DNA of 61,912 nucleotides from a bacterium. GTDB lineage: Bacteria; Patescibacteriota; Minisyncoccia; Phycocordibacterales; JABMNX01. Shown here in pieces: positions 19,047 to 28,130 of this stretch; the stretch's first letter is position 1, and each line of letters starts with the position of its first letter. The DNA lies in assembly GCA_002687905.1 (NCBI GenBank), contig NZBM01000008.1, forward strand, positions 1-61,912, read 5' to 3'. Made by a program: the position numbers and the translations under genes. The notes under the pieces are model-generated. The model made no database searches and was not told the DNA's origin. It saw nothing but the letters and a program-made list of their open reading frames with translations.

Positions 19047-20849
19047 ATGAAAACCGCCGAAATACGAGATAAATACATAAAATTTTTTGAAGAGCGCGGA
19101 CACGCGCATATCCCTTCTGCTTCTTTAAGGCCGGAGAATGATCCCACGACACTTTTTACCGGTTCTGGTATGCAGCCTCTTTTGCCATATCTATTAGGAG
19201 AGAAGCATCCAAAAGGCACTCGTTTGGTAAATTCTCAAAAGGCTTTTAGAGCCGAGGACATAGAAGAAGTAGGGGACAATCGCCACACGACATTTTTTGA
19301 AATGCTTGGAAACTGGTCTTTGGGTGAGTATTTCAAAAAAGAGCAATTACCATGGTTCTTTGAATTTTTAACTAATGAAGTCGGTCTTTCAAAAGACAGG
19401 CTATGGGTCACTTGTTTTGCGGGAGACGAGAGTTTGGGTATTCCTAAAGACACTGAGTCAGCAGAAATTTGGAAGGGTTTGGGAATTCCCGAGGAGCGCA
19501 TATGCTACTACGACGCTAAGAAAAATTGGTGGAGTCGTTCCGGCACGCCGGATAAGATGCCAGCAGGCGAGCCGGGTGGGCCAGATTCAGAAGTGTTTTA
19601 TGACTTTGGCACCGAGCACGACAGCGCCTTTGGCGCGGAGTGTCATCCTAATTGTGATTGTGGTCGCTTTGTTGAGATAGGTAACTCCGTTTTTATGGAG
19701 TACATAAAAAAGGAAGATGGAAGTTTTGAGCCACTTCCGCAGAAAAATGTTGATTTTGGAGGAGGGCTTGAGCGTATTACCGCTGCGGCAAATCAAGACC
19801 CAGATGTATTTAATGTGGATAGTTTAAATGTGGTTATAGAACATCTTTCAAAAGTTTCCGGAAAGTCATATTTAGATGAGGAGAATAAAGAGTCATTTAG
19901 GGTAATAGCAGACCATATGCGAGCGGCAATATTTATGATTGTTGATGGAGTGGTACCAACAAATACAGATGCGGGATACTTCACTCGCAGGCTTATAAGA
20001 CGCGCAGTACGGCATATGGATAAATTAGGGGTGGACAAAGAGACGCTTCACGGAGTTGTGGCGCCGGTGGTAGAGGTGTATGAGGGAGTATATCCAGAGC
20101 TAACAAACAAAAAAGCGGACATTGAGCGCGAGACTGCGCTTGAGGAAGAGAGATTCCGCGCAACTCTAGGTAAAGGCTTGAAACAGTTAGAGAAAGCAAA
20201 AGGAGGCAAGCTCTCGGGTAAAGAGGAATTTACACTTTTTTCAACATATGGATTCCCTCTAGAGTTAACTCTAGAGCTAGCTCCTGAATTAAATATAGAA
20301 GTGGATGTTGAGGGCTTTAAGGTGGAGATGGCGAGTCACCAAGAGCTATCGCGCGCGGGAGCTGAGCAGAAGTTTAAAGGGGGACTTGCTGATGGCGGGG
20401 AGACGACGACACAGCTGCACACTGCGACGCACTTAATGCTTGCAGGTCTTCGGAAGTATCTAGGAGACAATGTCCATCAAGCAGGCTCAAACATCACAAC
20501 AGAGCGTACGCGCTTTGATTTTACACACCCGGAAAAAGTAGACAGAGAAACGCTAGATAAGGTGGAAAAATATGTTAACGATGCCATCGCGGCTAACGCC
20601 GTGATGGAATTAGTTGAGATGCCTAAAAAAGAGGCAAAAGCCTCTGGCGTAGAAGGCAGCTTCTGGGAAAAATATCCAGACACAGTCCAGGTTTATACGC
20701 TAAAGAGCAAAGACGGCACAGTATGGAGCCGCGAGCTCTGTGGTGGCCCCCACGTTAAAAACACATCTGAAATAAAAGGTACTTTCAAAATCACCAAAGA
20801 GGAATCATCATCGGCAGGAGTGAGGAGAGTGAAAGCTCTGCTTGAATAA
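19047..20849 (+). CDS. alaS: alanine--tRNA ligase (short form lacking C-Ala domain)
   Basis: LFTGSGMQ, HTTFFEMLGNWS, GGGLER, editing motifs HTATH and ELCGGPH; 600 aa. Confidence 0.96.
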   Translation: MKTAEIRDKYIKFFEERGHAHIPSASLRPENDPTTLFTGSGMQPLLPYLLGEKHPKGTRLVNSQKAFRAEDIEEVGDNRHTTFFEMLGNWSLGEYFKKEQLPWFFEFLTNEVGLSKDRLWVTCFAGDESLGIPKDTESAEIWKGLGIPEERICYYDAKKNWWSRSGTPDKMPAGEPGGPDSEVFYDFGTEHDSAFGAECHPNCDCGRFVEIGNSVFMEYIKKEDGSFEPLPQKNVDFGGGLERITAAANQDPDVFNVDSLNVVIEHLSKVSGKSYLDEENKESFRVIADHMRAAIFMIVDGVVPTNTDAGYFTRRLIRRAVRHMDKLGVDKETLHGVVAPVVEVYEGVYPELTNKKADIERETALEEERFRATLGKGLKQLEKAKGGKLSGKEEFTLFSTYGFPLELTLELAPELNIEVDVEGFKVEMASHQELSRAGAEQKFKGGLADGGETTTQLHTATHLMLAGLRKYLGDNVHQAGSNITTERTRFDFTHPEKVDRETLDKVEKYVNDAIAANAVMELVEMPKKEAKASGVEGSFWEKYPDTVQVYTLKSKDGTVWSRELCGGPHVKNTSEIKGTFKITKEESSSAGVRRVKALLE

Positions 20850-20908
20850 AAATTTCCTTAGGTTTTATACAAACTTTTCTAGCAAACACGCTTTACGAAA
20901 GCTATAAT

Positions 20909-22090
20909 ATGCTAAATATGCGCAAGTTTTTTGGTAGTGAAAAAATTTATCCAACAATTGCACTTTTTGATATTGGGAGTGGGAGCGTGGGCGGAGCTAT
21001 AGCCAGGTTTTCAGGAGACGATAGACCTACTATCACGTATTCAACAAGAAAATCTCTTCCTCTTCACAAGGAGCTAAACCCAGACAAGCTCTCATATCAC
21101 ACCATCTCTGCGCTTAACGAAGTGGGGAATGAGCTTATAAGAAAAGGGCTAGAGGGAGGCGAGGTTTTTGGGGTCCTGTGCACCGTTTCTTCTCCGTGGA
21201 GTACTGTTGAGCCTGCTACAGTTTCAGCAGAAGGAGTTGAGAGGAATATTACGGAGGATTATTTAGAGCGAATACTTGAACAAGGAAGGGAGGATATAAG
21301 AAGAAATGCGAGCGATGACCGTTCAGGAATGAATTTAGTAGAGGAAACTGTAGTGAGAACTCTTGCTGACGGGAGAGAGCTTTGGGATCTTGAGTCTCAA
21401 AGAGCAAACAGAGTAGATATTTCAATGCTTCAAGGTTTTGTATCAGACAGATTTCATAAACAAGCCGAAGATACTCTAGAGAGAATTTTCGGTGCTACTC
21501 CAATAGTCGTTCAGACATCGATTCTTCCTCTGTTTCTTGCAACAAGGGATGTTTACGACGGCTTACTCGATTTTATTCTTGTAGATATATCTGGAGAGGT
21601 AACTGACTTAGCTTTGGTGAAAGATGGAATGATAGCGGGAGTTGCATCTTTCCCAATTGGCAAACACTCAACTGCAAGAAATGCAGCAATGAAATCCGGG
21701 GTGCACCCAGTTGATTCAATTTCAAATATAAGACTTAGAGTAAATGGTTCGGACAACAGACTCTCATCAATGGATGCAGTTTATCTTCTCCAAAGTGCGC
21801 GCGAGTGGGGAAGAGCATTTAACGAAGCGTGCGCCAACCTTGCCGCTCTAGAACCACTCCCAAACACTGTTCTAGTCCACGCGGACTCCGACACTGCCGA
21901 CTGGTTCGTAAGCCAAATTTCAGGATCTCGCCTTGCTCCGATTACTAAAGGAAAGAGCGATTTGGTAAGTCAGTACATTTCAGAGGATATCCCAGGGAGG
22001 CTATGCAATTTTGAGGGCCCAAATATTGGCTATGACACTGGGCTAGGAGTGGCTGCCCTTTACTACAATAGGAGATTACTGTCCTCCTGA
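20909..22090 (+). CDS. divergent FtsA/PilM-like actin-fold protein
   Basis: FDIGSGSV and VDISGEVTD phosphate-loop-like motifs. Confidence 0.65.
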   Translation: MLNMRKFFGSEKIYPTIALFDIGSGSVGGAIARFSGDDRPTITYSTRKSLPLHKELNPDKLSYHTISALNEVGNELIRKGLEGGEVFGVLCTVSSPWSTVEPATVSAEGVERNITEDYLERILEQGREDIRRNASDDRSGMNLVEETVVRTLADGRELWDLESQRANRVDISMLQGFVSDRFHKQAEDTLERIFGATPIVVQTSILPLFLATRDVYDGLLDFILVDISGEVTDLALVKDGMIAGVASFPIGKHSTARNAAMKSGVHPVDSISNIRLRVNGSDNRLSSMDAVYLLQSAREWGRAFNEACANLAALEPLPNTVLVHADSDTADWFVSQISGSRLAPITKGKSDLVSQYISEDIPGRLCNFEGPNIGYDTGLGVAALYYNRRLLSS

Positions 22091-22138
22091 TGAGCCTCAT
22101 TTTCCCGCGGGATAGGCTGTGATATAGTGCAAACACTT

Positions 22139-23404
22139 ATGGCAGGGGAATTTAAAGACATAGTTCCGCCAGATAGGCGCTCAATAAGAAAGGTGTCTGT
22201 ATCTAATTCGCGCCCTCACAGAAGAAGCAAAGTGCACGCAAGCGAAAGTTCAGCTGATGGTGAAAAGAAATCATCTCGTTTTGGGGTTTGGACAATAGCT
22301 ATTGGTTCAGTAGTTGTATTAGCGCTTGCTTTTTCATATATATTTTCAGGAGCAAAAGTAGAAGTCACTCCCAAACAAAGAACTGTAATTGTTGACGGAG
22401 AATTTGAATCATACAAAAACGCAGGTTTTGGTGAACTTGCATACGAGATAATGACAGTTGAAAGAGAGCTTTCAAAAGCAGTAACTGCGACAGGAGAAGA
22501 GGATGTATTAGAGAAAGCTTCAGGGAAGCTGCTAGTTTACAACGACCATAGCTCTGCAAACCAGCGCCTTATTACAAACACTAGATTTGAAACACCAGAA
22601 GGGCTTGTTTATAGGATAAATAAGTCTGTGGTGGTGCCAGGACAGAAAAAAGAAGACGGAAAAACAGTACCCGGAAGCGTAGAGGTGACGGTCTATGCTG
22701 ATGAACCCGGAGAGAAATACAATATCGGCTTAACCGATTTCACAATACCTGGATTTAAAGGCGGCCCGAGATTCGAGACATTTTATGCGCGCTCTAAATC
22801 ATCAATGACCGGAGGCTTTGAAGGAGTTAAAAAGATAGTAGATGAGGAGGACGAAGCAAAAGCAAGAATTGCACTTCAGGCAGATTTACGTGAGCAATTA
22901 AAAAGCGATGCACGAGCACAAAAACCTGAAAACTTTTATCTCTTTGATAGTGCTACTTTTGTAGAGTTTGAAGCGGGACAAACCAAATCAAGCGGATCAA
23001 ATGCCGAAGTGGTGGAAAAAGGAACCCTTTATGGAGTCATATTTGAAAGGGAGGAATTTGCAAAGTTCTTGGCGGAAAATACAGTGGGCGCCCTTGAGAA
23101 AGGTGATACCGTAGAGCTGCTGACTCCAGAGAACCTGACACTTAATGTGCCTGGAAATCCATTCCCTTGGAGCGAGGAGAGCTTTAGCTTTGAACTTAGT
23201 GGAAATGCTTACTTAATATGGACTTATTCAGAAGACGGGCTTAAGGAGGATCTGGCAGGAAAATCTAAAAGTGCAATTGAGACAGTGCTTTCAGGATATC
23301 CAAGTATAACAAGCACAAACGTTGTAGTGAGGCCGTTTTGGAAGAGATCCTTCCCTGAGGAGGAGGACAAGATAAAACTAGAGAGAATCATCACAGCTCC
23401 TTGA
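22139..23404 (+). CDS. membrane-anchored protein with baseplate J/gp47-like segment (CPR-conserved)
   Basis: TM helix; KASG...VYN...TRF...V.ADEPGEKYNI...MTGG. Confidence 0.65.
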   Translation: MAGEFKDIVPPDRRSIRKVSVSNSRPHRRSKVHASESSADGEKKSSRFGVWTIAIGSVVVLALAFSYIFSGAKVEVTPKQRTVIVDGEFESYKNAGFGELAYEIMTVERELSKAVTATGEEDVLEKASGKLLVYNDHSSANQRLITNTRFETPEGLVYRINKSVVVPGQKKEDGKTVPGSVEVTVYADEPGEKYNIGLTDFTIPGFKGGPRFETFYARSKSSMTGGFEGVKKIVDEEDEAKARIALQADLREQLKSDARAQKPENFYLFDSATFVEFEAGQTKSSGSNAEVVEKGTLYGVIFEREEFAKFLAENTVGALEKGDTVELLTPENLTLNVPGNPFPWSEESFSFELSGNAYLIWTYSEDGLKEDLAGKSKSAIETVLSGYPSITSTNVVVRPFWKRSFPEEEDKIKLERIITAP

Positions 23405-23442
23405 CGATAGCCCTAAAATACTGGTAGTATAGCGAAACCTAA

Positions 23443-23667
23443 ATGGAGGAGAATCAAGATAAGGATAAAAACGAGGCCACGCCTGCCGTAGTGGATGAGG
23501 CTCTGCCAAATACTCTTTTTAGGGTAAAGCTTGAAGGAGGTGAGCAGCAGATTGCTTATCTTTCAGGTAAGATGCGAATGCATCGAATTAAGGTCCTTGT
23601 TGGCGATAAAGTGCTCGTAGAAGTTGAGCCATATGGTGGCAAGGGCAGAATTGTGAGGCGCTTATAG
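23443..23667 (+). CDS. infA: translation initiation factor IF-1
   Basis: [27 protein letters not shown]. Confidence 0.96.
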   Translation: MEENQDKDKNEATPAVVDEALPNTLFRVKLEGGEQQIAYLSGKMRMHRIKVLVGDKVLVEVEPYGGKGRIVRRL

Positions 23668-23726
23668 TGCAGATTATTGATTGAGTTATTGAGCCGCACT
23701 CATAAACAGCGCTTTTTTTATATGAA

Positions 23727-23848
23727 TTCCGTTAGAGATTGCAAATTGCGATCGACGGGATATATCTCAAAAGTAAGTAGGAGTATGTAGGTGGTCAGTT
23801 ATAAGAGTAATGAACGGAAGCGACATGTTGCTTCCTATCTCTAACGGG
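23727..23848. mobile_element. MITE-like structured element at the rpmJ start codon
   Basis: TIRs TTCCGTTAGAGAT / ATCTCTAACGGG, flanked by direct ATGAA; homolog at 37274-37396. Confidence 0.65.
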
Positions 23849-23962
23849 ATGAAAGTCAAAACGTCAGTAAAAAAGTTGTGTAAAGATTGCAAAAGCGTTC
23901 GAAGGAAAGGGCGCCTTTATGTAATTTGTGTAAATCCAAGACACAAGCAAAGACAAGGTTAA
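23849..23962 (+). CDS. rpmJ: 50S ribosomal protein L36 (missed by ORF track)
   Basis: manual translation [37 protein letters not shown]; synteny infA-rpmJ-rpsM. Confidence 0.97.
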   Translation: MKVKTSVKKLCKDCKSVRRKGRLYVICVNPRHKQRQG

Positions 23963-23963
23963 T

Positions 23964-24344
23964 ATGCGTATTTCAGGAATTACAATCCCAGATAATAAAA
24001 GACTTGAAATAGGACTTACCGAAGTCCATGGCGTTGGGCGTGCTAGAGCAAAAGATATTCTTGATAGTGCTAAAGTTGACGCCGGGAAAAAGCCGAAAGA
24101 TTTAAGCACATCTGAAGAGAACACACTGCGTCAAAAAGTTGAGGAGTTTCGGATTGAAGGAGAACTTCGTCGTGAAGTTGCCGGCAATGTGAAACGTCTC
24201 AAAGACATAAAGGCATACAGAGGAGACAGGCATGCAAGAAACCTACCAGTAAGGGGCCAGAGGACAAAGACTAACTCTCGCTCTGTTAGAGGAAATGTAA
24301 GAAAAACTGCGACTTCAGGTAGAAGAAAGGTAGATAAGAAATAA
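23964..24344 (+). CDS. rpsM: 30S ribosomal protein S13
   Basis: RISG, LPVRGQRTKTN. Confidence 0.97.
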   Translation: MRISGITIPDNKRLEIGLTEVHGVGRARAKDILDSAKVDAGKKPKDLSTSEENTLRQKVEEFRIEGELRREVAGNVKRLKDIKAYRGDRHARNLPVRGQRTKTNSRSVRGNVRKTATSGRRKVDKK

Positions 24345-24345
24345 T

Positions 24346-24780
24346 ATGGGAAAGAAAAGGATTATAAAAAAGAGCGGTAGCGGAATGAGTTCAGGGCTCA
24401 AAGCTCGTTCTCTTTCAAAAGTTCCAAAGAAAAAACTAGACACTGGAACTCTTCACATTCATGCAACATACAACAACACCAAGATGCTTCTAGCAGACAA
24501 GAGCGGAAACACAGTTATATGGTCATCAAGCGGCGCTCTTGGTTTTGCCGGCTCAAGACGCGGCACTCCTTTTGCAGCAGCCAAAGTTGGAGATCTTATA
24601 GGTGAGAAAGCAAATACTATGGGAGTGAAGGAAGTAGATGTAGTTATCAAAGGAGTAGGTTCTGGCAGAGAATCGGCACTTCGTTCTTTTGCGGGAAAGG
24701 GAATTAATGTCTCAAGAATAAGGGATGTAACCCCAGTTCCTTTTAATGGCCCAAGACCACCTAAGGTCAGACGTGTATAA
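24346..24780 (+). CDS. rpsK: 30S ribosomal protein S11
   Basis: TYNNT, TPFAA, GSGRE, DVTPVPFNG. Confidence 0.97.
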   Translation: MGKKRIIKKSGSGMSSGLKARSLSKVPKKKLDTGTLHIHATYNNTKMLLADKSGNTVIWSSSGALGFAGSRRGTPFAAAKVGDLIGEKANTMGVKEVDVVIKGVGSGRESALRSFAGKGINVSRIRDVTPVPFNGPRPPKVRRV

Positions 24781-24782
24781 AT

Positions 24783-25394
24783 ATGATTGTTAAGTCAAAA
24801 TACAAAGTAGCAAAACGCCTAGGCGCAGAAGTGTTTGAAAAAACTCAAACACAGAAATTTGCTGCTACAGCGGCGAGGCGAAAGCAAAAAATGGGCAGGA
24901 GACCTAGAAGTTTGTCTGATTTCGGAAGACAGCTCTTAGAGAAGCAAAAAGTTCGCTATACATACGGGATATTAGAAAAGCAGTTCTCTCGATATGTTAA
25001 GGAAGTTACAAAGAGTCACAGCCAAGACCCTCTATCGGAGCTTTTCAGAAAACTTGAGATGAGAGTAGATAACGTTGTGTTTCGCCTTGGACTTGCCCCG
25101 ACACGCCGCCAAGCAAGGCAGATGGTCTCACATGGGCACATTACAGTTGGTGACAAGAAAATGACAATACCATCTCATCATGTGCGTGTAGGTGAAAAAG
25201 TAGCGGTAAAGGAAGGAAGTAGAGAAAAGTCTCTTTTCACGCTTCAAGCTGATCGTATAAAAGAATACAACCCACCAAAATGGGTTAAATTTGACGCAAA
25301 AAAGTTAAGCGGGGAGGTAACTCAGCTGCCGGTTTACACCACAGTAGATAATCATTTTGATTTGGCTCAAGTACTTGAGTACTACAGCCGTTAA
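24783..25394 (+). CDS. rpsD: 30S ribosomal protein S4
   Basis: QLLEKQK, LEMRVDNVVFR, ARQMVSHGH. Confidence 0.97.
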   Translation: MIVKSKYKVAKRLGAEVFEKTQTQKFAATAARRKQKMGRRPRSLSDFGRQLLEKQKVRYTYGILEKQFSRYVKEVTKSHSQDPLSELFRKLEMRVDNVVFRLGLAPTRRQARQMVSHGHITVGDKKMTIPSHHVRVGEKVAVKEGSREKSLFTLQADRIKEYNPPKWVKFDAKKLSGEVTQLPVYTTVDNHFDLAQVLEYYSR

Positions 25395-25415
25395 TTATTA
25401 GTTAATAGTTTTAAT

Positions 25416-26393
25416 ATGTCAGACTATAACGTAGCATTGCCATCAAAACCGCGAATCGTTTCAGAGGAAGATTTTGATGGCACATATGAGATAGATGGAC
25501 TTCACCCGGGATATGGTCACACCTTGGGTAATTCCCTAAGGCGAATAATTCTTTCGTCTCTTCCAGGTGCTGCAATCACTTCAGTAAAAATTGATGGAGT
25601 ACAGCACGAATTCTCAACAATAGATGGTGTAAAAGAAGACGTGATAACTATTCTTCTTAATCTAAAGAAAGTGCGCCTTCAAATGCTTACAGAAGAACCA
25701 CAAACTCTTACTCTTTCGGTAAAAGGAGTTAAGTCCGTAACTGCTGGAGACATAACAGCTCCAGGGCAGGTGAATGTTTTAAATCCAGAACAAAACATTC
25801 TTGAAATAACCGACAAAAATAAGTCTATAGACATTGAATTTAGGGTAGAAAAAGGACTAGGGTATGTTCCAAAGGAAGTTTTGCAGAAAGACCGAGTAGA
25901 AATTGGGACAATATCTCTAGATGCGATATTTACTCCAATTCGTCGAGTTAATTACGAAGTAGAAAATATGCGTGTTGGTGACAGAACTGACTTTAACCGC
26001 TTACGTATTTTTATTGAAACAGACGGCACAATTACTCCTAAAGAAGCCCTCGAGCGTTCAATTGAGGTAATGATAAATCAGCTGCGAGCTGTAGTTGGAT
26101 TTAAGAAAGAAGAGCTTGAGCTCCCAGAGCCAGTAGTTGAAAGTGATGAGCCAGCTCCGGAAGTTAAAGAGGAGAAAAGGCAAGAGATTGATAAGGAGTT
26201 CATGAAGACTCGAATTGACTCACTTGATCTAACACCAAGAACGATAAATGCTCTTACTAAGGCAAATATAAGAACCGCAGGAGGACTTGTAAGAAAAAGA
26301 GAAGAGGATATATTAGCGATTGAAGGATTGGGGCAAAAAGGCCTTCAGGAAGTAAAAAGAGCACTCTCTAACTTTGGAGTGACTCTTAGGTAA
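25416..26393 (+). CDS. rpoA: RNA polymerase subunit alpha
   Basis: GYGHTLGNSLRRIILSS, HEFSTIDGVKED, C-terminal domain. Confidence 0.98.
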   Translation: MSDYNVALPSKPRIVSEEDFDGTYEIDGLHPGYGHTLGNSLRRIILSSLPGAAITSVKIDGVQHEFSTIDGVKEDVITILLNLKKVRLQMLTEEPQTLTLSVKGVKSVTAGDITAPGQVNVLNPEQNILEITDKNKSIDIEFRVEKGLGYVPKEVLQKDRVEIGTISLDAIFTPIRRVNYEVENMRVGDRTDFNRLRIFIETDGTITPKEALERSIEVMINQLRAVVGFKKEELELPEPVVESDEPAPEVKEEKRQEIDKEFMKTRIDSLDLTPRTINALTKANIRTAGGLVRKREEDILAIEGLGQKGLQEVKRALSNFGVTLR

Positions 26394-26402
26394 GGAGATA
26401 TT

Positions 26403-26756
26403 ATGAAGCACCATAAGAGAGAAAGAAAATTTGGACGAGTAGCAAGGCAGAGGACGGCTTTGCTTCGTTCTCTTGCTCGCTCTCTTATTCTTCACGGAAA
26501 GATTGAGACCACAGAGGCAAAAGCAAAAGAGCTAAGGCCTTTTATTGAAAAGCTAGTTACTATGGGAAACAAAAAGACCTTAGCTTCAAGGCGAATGATT
26601 AGCTCAAGACTGGGTGAGGAAAATCTAGCTTCTAAAAAGCTAGTTGATGAAATTGCGCCAAAATACAAAGACAGAGAAGGAGGATATACCAGAATAACTA
26701 AGACAGGCGTGAGCGGGCACGACGCCAGAAAGAATGCAGTTATAGAATTTGTTTAA
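26403..26756 (+). CDS. rplQ: 50S ribosomal protein L17
   Basis: IETTEAKAKELR, GGYTRI. Confidence 0.97.
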   Translation: MKHHKRERKFGRVARQRTALLRSLARSLILHGKIETTEAKAKELRPFIEKLVTMGNKKTLASRRMISSRLGEENLASKKLVDEIAPKYKDREGGYTRITKTGVSGHDARKNAVIEFV

Positions 26757-26757
26757 T

Positions 26758-27102
26758 ATGAAGCACGAAATTGACGCAACAGGAAAGAAGTTAGGAAGAA
26801 TCGCGACAGAGGCGGCGCATATTCTTCTTGGTAAGGGAAGTGTTGATTTTGAAAAGCATATTGCTGCGGATGTAAAAGTTGATGTTACAAACGCTTCAAA
26901 AATGGACGTTGGAGAGAAGAAGATGGAGCAAAAGGAATACACAAGATACTCCGGCTACCCAGGTGGACTAAAGATTGAAACAGCAGGCGACATCGTAGCA
27001 AAGAAAGGACATTCAGAATTAATAAGAAAGGCAGTCTACGGAATGCTTCCTTCAAATAGGTTGAGAAAAACTCGTCTAAAGAATTTAAATATCACTGAAT
27101 AA
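26758..27102 (+). CDS. rplM: 50S ribosomal protein L13
   Basis: IDATGKKLGRIA, YSGYPGGLK, AVYGMLP. Confidence 0.96.
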   Translation: MKHEIDATGKKLGRIATEAAHILLGKGSVDFEKHIAADVKVDVTNASKMDVGEKKMEQKEYTRYSGYPGGLKIETAGDIVAKKGHSELIRKAVYGMLPSNRLRKTRLKNLNITE

Positions 27103-27103
27103 T

Positions 27104-27499
27104 ATGGCAACCGCAAATAAATACATTGAGGCCGTGGGACGACGAAAAACAGCTGTAGCAAGAGTGCGGCTTACTAAGAACTCTAAAAACGATATTGTAA
27201 TAAATGAAAAGAGTTTAAAAGAGTATTTTCCTGTCCCCAAAAACCAAAGAGCCGTTGAAGAGGCTTTTGGGCCGTCAAAAGACACTTTTTCTGTGTCAGC
27301 TAAAGTAATTGGGGGTGGTACTACCGCTCAATCTGAAGCGATACGACACGGAATAGCGCGTGCGCTAGTTAAGAACAACGAGGAGCTACGAAAAGAGCTC
27401 AAGCAAGCCGGATATCTAAAACGCGATCCTCGTATGAAAGAGCGCAAGAAGTTTGGACTAAAAGGAGCAAGGCGTGCACCTCAGTGGAGCAAGCGGTAG
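27104..27499 (+). CDS. rpsI: 30S ribosomal protein S9
   Basis: GRRKTAVARV, ERKKFGL, APQWSKR. Confidence 0.97.
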   Translation: MATANKYIEAVGRRKTAVARVRLTKNSKNDIVINEKSLKEYFPVPKNQRAVEEAFGPSKDTFSVSAKVIGGGTTAQSEAIRHGIARALVKNNEELRKELKQAGYLKRDPRMKERKKFGLKGARRAPQWSKR

Positions 27500-27508
27500 T
27501 ACACTAAA

Positions 27509-27532
27509 AACCTTACGATATATCGTAAGGTT
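27509..27532. repeat. 24-bp perfect palindrome between rpsI and grpE
   Basis: AACCTTACGATA/TATCGTAAGGTT. Confidence 0.7.
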
Positions 27533-27559
27533 ATGAGTTAAATATAGATTTAGATTTCT

Positions 27560-28126
27560 ATGCCTAAGAAAAAAGCAGACCTAGAAAATATTGACAACGT
27601 ACAAGACGCGGGGCATAATGATGTTGTTTTTGAACCTGAGGACGAGAGTTCTAAGGATGCTATAGCCAAGCTTCGAAAGAAGCTAAAAGAATGTCAAGCT
27701 GAAAAACAAGAGTACCTTGATGGATGGCAAAGAGCTAAAGCAGACGTCCTAAATTCAAAAAAAGCAGGCTCCGAGCTTATAAAAAGCGTACGTGAGGATA
27801 CTCAAGATGAAGTTCTGATGTCTCTGATACCGATTTTAGATAGCTTTGAAGTCGCAATGAAGGGAGAGGCTTGGGAGAGCGTTGATGAAAACTGGAAAGT
27901 TGGAGTCACTCATATTCAAAGCAAGTTTATAAACACTTTAGAGGAATATGGAATTGAAGTTTATGGAGAAATTGGAGAGGAATTTGATCCCAACCTTCAC
28001 GAATCAATGAGCGTTAAAGAAGTAGAAGACAACTCTTCCAAAGGTTCAATAGTTGAAGTATTGCAAAGAGGATATAAAAGAGGGAATAATATTGTCCGAC
28101 CTGCAAAAGTAGTAGTTAATAAATAA
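27560..28126 (+). CDS. grpE: nucleotide exchange factor GrpE
   Basis: [15 protein letters not shown]...VRPAKV. Confidence 0.95.
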   Translation: MPKKKADLENIDNVQDAGHNDVVFEPEDESSKDAIAKLRKKLKECQAEKQEYLDGWQRAKADVLNSKKAGSELIKSVREDTQDEVLMSLIPILDSFEVAMKGEAWESVDENWKVGVTHIQSKFINTLEEYGIEVYGEIGEEFDPNLHESMSVKEVEDNSSKGSIVEVLQRGYKRGNNIVRPAKVVVNK

Positions 28127-28130
28127 AAAT

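Noticed and set aside
19047..20849. Short AlaRS, L13 and TruB as pseudogenes
   Set aside because: Catalytic motifs are intact and the frames are clean; compact forms are expected in reduced genomes.
22139..23404. Prophage or contractile injection system
   Set aside because: No other phage structural genes; the gene is embedded among housekeeping genes.
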